Shown here: positions 44,637 to 52,662 of the stretch, piece after piece
Numbering within the stretch: the first letter of the stretch is position 1
Layout: each line of letters opens with the position of its first letter
NCBI GenBank assembly: GCA_965221185.1
Contig: OZ244866.1
Coordinates: 534,901 to 598,900, forward strand
Reading direction: 5' to 3'
Source of the DNA: Candidatus Aldehydirespirator sp.
GTDB taxonomy: Bacteria; Actinomycetota; Acidimicrobiia; Acidimicrobiales; Aldehydirespiratoraceae
DNA length: 64,000 nt
Notes under the pieces: generated by a model
What the model saw: the letters and a program-made list of their open reading frames with translations, nothing else
Told to the model about the DNA's origin: nothing
Database searches by the model: none
Position numbers and translations under genes: made by a program

Positions 44637-45542
44637 ATGGTCCGCTACGACGAGTTCGGGATGCTCGGCGAGAACGCCGGCGAGTACGGCCTTGAATGGT
44701 CGGGTCCTGCCACGGTTCGCCGGGAGTCGGTGGTGCTGCCGTCCGGGCTGCGATTGTCGTCTCTGGTGTGGGGTACGGCTGAGCCTGAGCTGGTGCTCAT
44801 CCACGGGGGCTCCCAGAACGCCCACACCTGGGACACGGTGGCTCTGGCTCTCAGGCGGCCGCTGGTGGCGGTGGACCTGCCCGGCCACGGGCACTCCGAC
44901 CACCGTCCTTCCCACAACTACGGTCCGGCGTCCATGGCCGACGACGTGGCCGTGGCGATGGCGGCGTTGGCGCCAGGGGCCGAGGCCGTGGTGGGCATGT
45001 CGCTGGGCGGCCTCACCGCCATCTGCCTCGCCGCGGACCACCCCCGTCTCGTGTCTCGCTTGGGGATCGTGGACGTGACACCGGGCACCGACCACAAGAA
45101 GGCCGAGCCCATCATCGCCTTCGTGGACGGACCCGAGCACTTCGACAGCTTCGAGGCGATCCTTGAACGCACCATCGAGCACAACCCCACCCGCAGCGAG
45201 TCGTCGCTGCGCCGGGGTGTGTTGCACAACGCCCACGAACTGCCCGACGGGCGCTGGACCTGGAACTACGACCGGATGCGGGACTGGAAGACCGGCGGGG
45301 GGGCCGAGCCGGCGTTCGAGGGCCTATGGGAGAGGGTCTCTCGCATCGCCGCAACGACCGCGCTGTGGCAGGGCGGGGCCTGGAGCGTGGTGGACGACGC
45401 CGACGTGGCCGAGTGGACGCGCCGGCTTCCCGGCACCGTCCATGTGGTGGTCGAGGGCGCCGGCCACTCCATCCAGGGCGACAGGCCCCTGGAGCTGGCT
45501 GCACTGATCGAAGACCTGCTGGCCCGGCCTGTGAGCCAATAG
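44637..45542 (+). CDS. Alpha/beta-fold hydrolase
   Basis: LVLIHGGSQNAHTW, nucleophile elbow GMSLGG and a C-terminal GAGHSIQ motif. Confidence 0.75.
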   Translation: MVRYDEFGMLGENAGEYGLEWSGPATVRRESVVLPSGLRLSSLVWGTAEPELVLIHGGSQNAHTWDTVALALRRPLVAVDLPGHGHSDHRPSHNYGPASMADDVAVAMAALAPGAEAVVGMSLGGLTAICLAADHPRLVSRLGIVDVTPGTDHKKAEPIIAFVDGPEHFDSFEAILERTIEHNPTRSESSLRRGVLHNAHELPDGRWTWNYDRMRDWKTGGGAEPAFEGLWERVSRIAATTALWQGGAWSVVDDADVAEWTRRLPGTVHVVVEGAGHSIQGDRPLELAALIEDLLARPVSQ

Positions 45543-45557
45543 GCCCAGGCTGTCCGG

Positions 45558-46337
45558 CTAGTCCTCTTCGGTGTAGCCGGACTCGTCGAACAGGTAGCCC
45601 CGCGGGGTGATCTCCAGACGGTGGCGGGGACCGGGCACCGACGGGTCGGTCGTCTCATATCCGGCGTCGCCCCGCCAAAGCGACACCGGGCCCTGCTCGC
45701 CCCGTCCGATGCGGGTCTCGTAGCGGCGGGAGCGGCGCCGGCTGAGACCCTCCAGCGCGCCGGCCACCGTGCTGAAGCGACCGATGGTGTGAAGCGTCAC
45801 CCATGTGGGGGCGATCAGCTCGATCTCGCCCGCGTCGCGGCGGCGCAGGGCCGCCGGCGGCGTCATCCACTCGTGGCGGACGATCTCGCCGTCGTCGATG
45901 CTGACCTCCGTGGACGGCGCCTGGGCTGCGAAGAACCAGGTTGCGAAGCGCTTGGGCGCTATCGGCGGCGGGATCCAGTAGGAGAAGTGCACTAGGTCCG
46001 CGGGATCGAGCACTATGGCCGCCTCCTCGCCGGCCTCGCGGGCCGCAGCATTGCGGGCGGCCGCGATCAGGTTGCCAGTGCCGTCGTAGTCGGCGTCGTC
46101 GATGCGGCCGCCGGGGAACACCCACATCCCACCGAACGCCAGCCGGGAGTTCTTGCGCAGCATCAGCGACTCCAAGCCGCCGGGTCCGTCGCGCAGCACG
46201 ACCACGGTGGCCGCCGGTATGGCTTGCGCCTCCCCGTCTCGCTCCAACTGCTTGTGCCACTCCTCGAATAGCAGCACCTCTCGCCGGAACGCTGCCTGGG
46301 AACGCTCGTCGGTGGTGTCCGGTCGGGGGTCGTTCAC
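45558..46337 (-). CDS. NUDIX hydrolase
   Basis: Nudix box GGMWVFPGGRIDDAD..AAAREAGEEAAI. GTG start at 46337. Confidence 0.75.
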   Translation of the reverse strand: MNDPRPDTTDERSQAAFRREVLLFEEWHKQLERDGEAQAIPAATVVVLRDGPGGLESLMLRKNSRLAFGGMWVFPGGRIDDADYDGTGNLIAAARNAAAREAGEEAAIVLDPADLVHFSYWIPPPIAPKRFATWFFAAQAPSTEVSIDDGEIVRHEWMTPPAALRRRDAGEIELIAPTWVTLHTIGRFSTVAGALEGLSRRRSRRYETRIGRGEQGPVSLWRGDAGYETTDPSVPGPRHRLEITPRGYLFDESGYTEED

Positions 46338-46416
46338 TTGGTCACGCCGTCTCTGCGATCCGCACGGAGGTCGGTTGCGCTGGCTGTGCAGTCCGGGAGG
46401 TCCGATCGGGAAGCGC

Positions 46417-47607
46417 TCACTTGATCACGCCGTCATTTCTCAGCTCGGCGATCCGGTCGCCCCAGCCCACCTCGCTCAGTACCTCGTCGGTGTGATCGCC
46501 GTGGATGGGAGACGACGGCTGGCGCAGCTGGGCCGGTGTCGCCGAGAACCGGGCCGCAGGCCGAGGCTGGCGGACTCGGCCCATCGCCGGATGCTCATGC
46601 TCCTCGAACAACTCGTTGTGCACCGCCTGGGCGTCGTCTGCGACGTCCTCCACGCTCAACACCACTCCGAAGGGGACTTGGTGTCGGTCCAGGGCCTCCA
46701 CCGCCTCGGCCAGAGGCATGGCGGCTGCAGCCGCGTGCACGGCACGGAACACGGCGCTGGTCTGGGGGCGGTTGCGCTGGCGGTCGGCCATGGTCGCCAG
46801 CCGGGGGTCCGACGAGTCCGCGCCGAAGGCCTTGGCCATGCCGTGGAACTCCGAGTCGGTTACCGCCGCCACCACTGCGTGTCCGTCAGCTAAGGCGATG
46901 GCCCGCTGATGCGCCGAGAACGACTGGGCCAGATGGGGCTGGTCGTTGTCGAGGGCGACCTCGTGGGCCGCCGCGTCCGCGAACAGGAATCCCACCGCGG
47001 CGTCCAGCATCGCGAGCTGGATGTGCTGGCCCCCCGCGCCGCGGTCGCGGGCGAACAGCGCAGCGGTGATGGCCTGCGCGGCCGTATACGCGGTGACCTT
47101 GTCGGCCGCGGCCTGGCGCAGGAAGCGAGGACTGTCGTCATTGATGCCGGTTTGGTTGCCGACGAGCCCGGATTGGGCCTGGATCACCGAGTCGTAGACC
47201 CGGCGGTGGGCGTATGGTCCGTCGGGGCCGAACCCTGACAGCGAGAGGTAGACGATTTTGGGGTTGCGGGCCGAGACCTCGCCGTAGCCGACTCCCAGCC
47301 GCTCGACCACGCCCGGCCGCATGTTCTGCACGAACACGTCGGCCTCGGCGCACAGATCGAGCACGATCTCACGGCCGCGGGGGTCGGTGCAGTCCACCGC
47401 GACGGAGCGCTTGCCGCGGTTGCACATCTGGAACAGGGCCGAGATGCCGCCGGAGACGACCCCGACGTAGCGGCCCTGGTCGCCGAAGCCGGGCTCCTCC
47501 ACTTTGATCGCGTCCGCTCCCTGGTCGACCAGCAGGCCCACAGCCAGGGGGCCGGTCACGGCCACGCACATCTCGACGACGCGCACTCCGTCCATCGGGC
47601 CCGGCAT
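46417..47607 (-). CDS. Family III CoA-transferase (CaiB/BaiF type)
   Basis: GVRVVEM..VTGPLAVGLLVDQGADAIKVE, NRGKRS and VFVQNMRPG motifs. Confidence 0.8.
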   Translation of the reverse strand: MPGPMDGVRVVEMCVAVTGPLAVGLLVDQGADAIKVEEPGFGDQGRYVGVVSGGISALFQMCNRGKRSVAVDCTDPRGREIVLDLCAEADVFVQNMRPGVVERLGVGYGEVSARNPKIVYLSLSGFGPDGPYAHRRVYDSVIQAQSGLVGNQTGINDDSPRFLRQAAADKVTAYTAAQAITAALFARDRGAGGQHIQLAMLDAAVGFLFADAAAHEVALDNDQPHLAQSFSAHQRAIALADGHAVVAAVTDSEFHGMAKAFGADSSDPRLATMADRQRNRPQTSAVFRAVHAAAAAMPLAEAVEALDRHQVPFGVVLSVEDVADDAQAVHNELFEEHEHPAMGRVRQPRPAARFSATPAQLRQPSSPIHGDHTDEVLSEVGWGDRIAELRNDGVIK

Positions 47608-47649
47608 GGTGGTCGCGATCGTCAGGGGGTCCGGAGCGCGCTCTGCGTC

Positions 47650-48105
47650 TCAGCCCTGACCGGTCGAGCCATCGTCGGCGGGCTTGTCAGGCTCGGGGAT
47701 TCCGTGGAACCAGCTGGCCTCCTCCACCAGTGACCGGCTCCGCCAGCCGTCGGAGGTGCGCACCAGTTCGTGGTGGTACCACCCGCCGGTGGCCCACACC
47801 GGGCTGTCGGGCAGCTTGAGCGGGTTGTAGACCATGGCCACAACCTTGGCCTCGCCGCCGTCGATGGTGATGTCGATGTTGGAGATGAGGTGCTGGATGG
47901 CCTCGAACATCGGCATCACTTCCGACAAGAAGCCGGCCACTTCCTCGACATCTCCGGCAATCCCGCCCACTTGGGTGTAATCGATGCGGGCGTCGGAGGT
48001 GAAGACGCTGCGGAACAGGTCCCAGTCCTGCCGGTCGACAGCTCTGGCGTAGCGGGTCAGCAAATCGGTAATCTCGGCCCGGTCGATGAGGGTCTGCAGG
48101 TCCAT
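47650..48105 (-). CDS. SnoaL-like / NTF2-fold protein
   Basis: ATG at 48105 (MDLQTLIDRAEITDLLTRYARAVDRQDWDLF..), a typical SnoaL_4 N-terminus. Confidence 0.65.
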   Translation of the reverse strand: MDLQTLIDRAEITDLLTRYARAVDRQDWDLFRSVFTSDARIDYTQVGGIAGDVEEVAGFLSEVMPMFEAIQHLISNIDITIDGGEAKVVAMVYNPLKLPDSPVWATGGWYHHELVRTSDGWRSRSLVEEASWFHGIPEPDKPADDGSTGQG

Positions 48106-48416
48106 AGCCCCACGATACGCAGGGGACGCCACCATTGGGGTTCTCGTGCGGGCGAGGGGAGTTCCTGTCGACGGAGCCCGGCGCGATCGCTGTGACCGGT
48201 ACTGCTTCGAACTCGCTGAGGACATAACCAGCAAGCTGCGAGACGCGTTGGTCGTGCGAGCCCGCTCGAACGAGTGCTGGCCGATCGCCTAATGGCCACC
48301 GCATTCGGGACTGGACCGGGCGTCGGCGGCCCCATCAAGGCGGATCCCCACAATTTATCAGCAATATTGTGAATTTTCGGGTTGTGTTGTCACACGGGTC
48401 GGGTAGCGTTGTCTCC

Positions 48417-49877
48417 ATGGAGCGAACAGGTGTTCTCAACGGCAGTGGCGAGTTCGGCGGCGAAGTGCTGGCGACTTGCGAGACTGTCCGCTTGAGCGGC
48501 CGGACGGTGCGGCAGGGATCCTCGGCGCAGGATCTACTGGAGGCGGCCTCTGGGGCGTTGCGAGCGGTTTCGTTGGAGGGGTTGGATGAGGACGGGTTGT
48601 GTCGGGTCGCGGCCGGGGCTGGGCAGGTGAAGGCCCTAGCCGATGCTCTGACTGTGCGGGCTGCGAGCGGGTTGGAGGCGCTGAGGGCGGGCTCGGCGCG
48701 GGAGGCGCTGGTGGCTGGAGCGAAGCTGTCGGGTCGGGCGGCCAGGCGGGTCACAGAGGTGGCGCGCCAGGTCGAGGAGATGCCCAACGTCGGTCGGATG
48801 CTGGAGGCGGGGGACTTGACGCTTGAGAGCGTGTTCGCTCTCGGGTCTGCGGCCAGGCAGTGCGGCGCGGCTGTCGTGGACGGTTCCGGCGAGTTGCTGT
48901 ACCAGGCTGCTACCCGGGACGCTGGCTCGTTCAGCCGAGTGGCCCGGAGGTTTGCGCAGCGTCATGACCCCTCGGCGGGTGGCGACCTGCTCAAGGGGCA
49001 GCGCAACAGCCGGAAGGCCGACCTGTTCGTCGGCAGCGATGGAATGGGCGTGCTCAAGGGCGAGATGGACCCGGTGAGCTTCGGTCTGCTGGAGCAGGCG
49101 GTGGACGAGCGCAAGGACTACCTGTGGCGCAAGGACGGCGGCCGTGACGGCACTCCAGACGCGGTGCGCAACAACGGGCAGCGCACGATGGATGCAATCT
49201 TCGAGTTGTGCACGGGCCGGAACGCGCTGACTCACAAGCCGCTCCCGGCCGACGCCGGTCCGAGGGGTTCGCGTCGCCTCCCGGCGGGGAGGATCATTGC
49301 CGTGACCGCAGGTGTCGTGGACGGCACCGACCCGGATGGGTCCTGTGAGATCATCGGAGCCGGCCCGGTACCGCCGTCGGTGCTCGACAGCATCTCGTCC
49401 GATGATCGCCTGTTAGGCGCGATCTTCGGCGGCGACGGCCAGCCGCTGTGGTTGGGTCGCATGGAGCGGCTGGCCAACATCGACCAGTACGTGGCGGTGG
49501 CGCTACGAGACCGGGGCTGTGTGCTGTGCCGGGCCCCTATGCATCGCTGCGATATTCACCACGTAGACGAGTTCCACGCCGATGCGGGCCACACCGACAT
49601 CGAGAACCTTGCCGCCCTCTGCAACAGTTGCCACCTGTGGCTTCACCGGACCGACCGGCGTGTCGTCCGGGAGGTCGACGCTTATGGGGCCATCGCCTGG
49701 TCCACGGCTCCCCGCAGCCCCGATCCCGATTGCTGCCGGGGAGGGGATCTGAGTGAGGTCGGGTCAGCTGACGTGCCCTGTGGTCATGGCAACCACGCCC
49801 AAGGCGACGTGCTTGAGGCCAGTAAGATTGCAGTTGGTGCTGGCTTCGCAGGCCGCGATCCGCCGGCTGCCAGGTGA
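48417..49877 (+). CDS. DUF222-type HNH endonuclease (13E12-repeat-family-like protein)
   Basis: The C-terminal HNH motif is CVLCRAPMHRCDIHHVDEFHADAGHTDIENLAALCNSCHLWLH. The long Ala/Arg-rich N-domain is typical of actinobacterial DUF222 proteins. Confidence 0.75.
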   Translation: MERTGVLNGSGEFGGEVLATCETVRLSGRTVRQGSSAQDLLEAASGALRAVSLEGLDEDGLCRVAAGAGQVKALADALTVRAASGLEALRAGSAREALVAGAKLSGRAARRVTEVARQVEEMPNVGRMLEAGDLTLESVFALGSAARQCGAAVVDGSGELLYQAATRDAGSFSRVARRFAQRHDPSAGGDLLKGQRNSRKADLFVGSDGMGVLKGEMDPVSFGLLEQAVDERKDYLWRKDGGRDGTPDAVRNNGQRTMDAIFELCTGRNALTHKPLPADAGPRGSRRLPAGRIIAVTAGVVDGTDPDGSCEIIGAGPVPPSVLDSISSDDRLLGAIFGGDGQPLWLGRMERLANIDQYVAVALRDRGCVLCRAPMHRCDIHHVDEFHADAGHTDIENLAALCNSCHLWLHRTDRRVVREVDAYGAIAWSTAPRSPDPDCCRGGDLSEVGSADVPCGHGNHAQGDVLEASKIAVGAGFAGRDPPAAR

Positions 49878-50121
49878 CGGTGTTGGTGCGACGGTTAGGG
49901 GTGCCGACCGGCTCGTCTCAACTGGAGGCGACCGTCGGTGCTCCGCCCACGTTGAGCCGCACTCCCGCCTTGGGGAGAACCCGTTGGGGGTCACCGCACC
50001 CCCGAGCCTCAGCCGCTACCTTCGATCCCATCGGTGCGCCGCACCTGAATCCCCGTCGGGCAAGGCCCGAGGTGGTACGCGGAGCACGAGAAGCATCGAG
50101 AAGAAGAGTCCGGAGACGACG

Positions 50122-52662
50122 GTGACACCACAACAGCAACTGACGACCGCAACCCTCGATCCCGTCCCGGCCCGCCATGTCGAAGACGTGCCGGTGGCCA
50201 AGGAGATGAGCGACTCGTTCCTCGCCTACGCCCTTTCGGTGATCACGTCCCGGGCCATTCCCGACGTGCGAGACGGCCTCAAGCCGGTGCAGCGTCGGGT
50301 GCTGTGGTCGATGCTGCAGATGGGCCTGCGCCCGGGCACCCCATACCGCAAGGCGGCCCGGGTCGTGGGCGACACCATGGGCCGCTACCACCCCCACGGC
50401 GATGCAGCCATCTACGACACGCTGGTGCGTATGGGCCAGGACTTCAGTCGCATGGTGACACTGGTGGACCCGCAGGGGAATTTCGGCAGTCTCGACGACC
50501 CACCGGCTGCGTCCCGCTACACCGAGTGCCGGCTCAGCGCTTCGGCCATGGACATGGTGGGCGAGCTCGACGAGGACACCGTTGACTTCCGGCCGACCTA
50601 CGACGGCGAGGAAACCGAACCTGTAGTGATGCCGGCCGCGCTGCCGAACCTGCTGGTCAACGGCACCACCGGCATAGCCGTGGGAATGGCCACCAACATG
50701 CTGCCCCACAATCTGGCCGAGGTAGGCGAAGCCATTGAGCTGGTGATGAGCAAGCAGCCCTCGCCAGAAACGGGCGGCGAGGGAGAGGCTTCCAATTCCG
50801 GGCCGAGCGGTCGGAGGACTAGCAAGCGCCGCAGGAATCCCCGGCCCACCACGGACGAACTGATGGAAGTCGTGCCCGGTCCCGACTTCCCGGGCGGCGG
50901 GATCGTGCTGGCCGACGACGGCCTGCGCCGGGCCTACGACACCGGTCGCGGCTCCGTCAGGGTGCGGGCCCGAACCGGCGTCGAGCAGGTGACGCGACGT
51001 CGTAAGGCCATCATCGTCACCGAGCTGCCGCATCTTGTGGGTCCCGAGCGCGTCGTGTCCAAGATCTCCGAACTGGCCAACGCCGACCGCCTGCCCGGAG
51101 TGTCCGGTGTCGCCGACCTGACCGGTATGGAGGGGCTGCGCCTCCAGATCGACCTCAAGCCGGACGCGGAGCCCTCGGCCGTGCTAGCCGAGCTCTACCG
51201 CCTCACCCCTCTGGAGGAGACCTTCAGCGTCAACAACGTGGTGCTCGTCAACGGCGTTCCCACCACCGTCGGGCTCCGCGAGCTCTGCGAGCACTACGTC
51301 GTTCACCGTCTCGAAGTGATCGTGCGGCGCACCCGCCACCGCCTGCGCCGGGCCGAGAATCGACTGGAAATCGTGATCGGACTCCTCGTGGCCCTCGACA
51401 ACATCGAGGAGGTCGTGGCCTTGATTCGCCGGTGCAGCAACGTCGCCGAGGCCCACTCGGCACTGAAGGCCCGTTTCGGGCTCACCGATGTCCAGGCGTC
51501 CCACATACTCGACATGGCGCTGCGCCGACTCACCGCGCTCGAGCGCCGCAAGCTGGAGGAGGAGGAGGCTGGCCTGCGCTCCGACATCCACGACTACAGG
51601 GGGATCCTCGCCAGCGACCGCAGAAGGCGAAACATCGTGCGCCGGGAGCTTCGCCGCATTGTGGAGGACCACGGTCGTCCCAGGCGGGCACGGATCATCG
51701 ACGCGGACGCCGCCGACCGCGAAATCCTCGCCGGTGGCGAAGCGGTTGTCGGCGTGGCGCAGTCCGTAGTCCCGGGCGCTCCGGCTGGGCGTGACGTGCC
51801 CTGCGTGGTGACCCTGTCCACAAGCGGCAACCTGGGAAGGATGCCGCTGAGCGGAGCCCGCCGGGCGGTGCCCGGACGCCATGACCTGATCGCTTCCCGC
51901 GTCGCCGCCTCCACGGCCTTGCCGATCTCGGCAGTCACCGCTGACGGTCGGGCGTTCGCCGTGCTCGGCGGCGAGGTACCAGAAGCCAAGAACCGTGTTC
52001 GTGGATCCGATGCGGCCGCAACCTTCGGACTCGGATCCAAGGATCGGGTCGTGTGCCTCGTCTCTGCCTCCGACGACAGGCTTGTGCTCGTCACATCCCG
52101 CGGCGTCGTGAGGAGGCTCGCGGCCGATGAAGTACTGCGGGTGCATCCAGGCTCGCAGTTGGTCGCTCTGGCGCCGGGCGACCGAGTGGTCGCCGCATTC
52201 ATGGCGCCAGAGGAGGTCGACATCGTGATCGCGGCTGACGACGGCAGGGCACTGCGCATGGCGTCGTCCTCGGTGCGGATCCAGGGCCCGGGAGCCTCGG
52301 GTGTGGCCGGCATCAAGCTCGTGGACGATGCAGCCGCAGTCGGCGCCGGGGCCGTGCTGGGCGACGCCGTGCTTATCCAGGCCACCTCATCGGCCGGAGT
52401 CAAGTCCACCTACTGCGCCGAACTGCCTGCGCAGGGGCGGGGGAGCCAAGGTGTGCTCGCCGTCAAACTCGCAGCGGGCGAGACCGTGACCTTCGCAACC
52501 GTCGGCGCGGATGCGAGCATGATGGCGCTGATGGGTCGCGACGACAATCCTCGCCGAATCGACCCCGTCCCCGTGCCATTGCGGGAGCGGCCCACACCCC
52601 GCTACCGCGCCGCGACCAGAGTCGAGCGGCGCGTACACGCGATAGCTCCGGGGAGGTGGTGA
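50122..52662 (+). CDS. Type IIA DNA topoisomerase subunit A (ParC/TopoNM-like, not a canonical GyrA)
   Basis: GTG at 50122 follows GGAGA. It has LKPVQRRVLW, GRYHPHGD and the catalytic Tyr context AASRYTECRL. The CTD has no QRRGGKG GyrA-box. Confidence 0.8.
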   Translation: MTPQQQLTTATLDPVPARHVEDVPVAKEMSDSFLAYALSVITSRAIPDVRDGLKPVQRRVLWSMLQMGLRPGTPYRKAARVVGDTMGRYHPHGDAAIYDTLVRMGQDFSRMVTLVDPQGNFGSLDDPPAASRYTECRLSASAMDMVGELDEDTVDFRPTYDGEETEPVVMPAALPNLLVNGTTGIAVGMATNMLPHNLAEVGEAIELVMSKQPSPETGGEGEASNSGPSGRRTSKRRRNPRPTTDELMEVVPGPDFPGGGIVLADDGLRRAYDTGRGSVRVRARTGVEQVTRRRKAIIVTELPHLVGPERVVSKISELANADRLPGVSGVADLTGMEGLRLQIDLKPDAEPSAVLAELYRLTPLEETFSVNNVVLVNGVPTTVGLRELCEHYVVHRLEVIVRRTRHRLRRAENRLEIVIGLLVALDNIEEVVALIRRCSNVAEAHSALKARFGLTDVQASHILDMALRRLTALERRKLEEEEAGLRSDIHDYRGILASDRRRRNIVRRELRRIVEDHGRPRRARIIDADAADREILAGGEAVVGVAQSVVPGAPAGRDVPCVVTLSTSGNLGRMPLSGARRAVPGRHDLIASRVAASTALPISAVTADGRAFAVLGGEVPEAKNRVRGSDAAATFGLGSKDRVVCLVSASDDRLVLVTSRGVVRRLAADEVLRVHPGSQLVALAPGDRVVAAFMAPEEVDIVIAADDGRALRMASSSVRIQGPGASGVAGIKLVDDAAAVGAGAVLGDAVLIQATSSAGVKSTYCAELPAQGRGSQGVLAVKLAAGETVTFATVGADASMMALMGRDDNPRRIDPVPVPLRERPTPRYRAATRVERRVHAIAPGRW

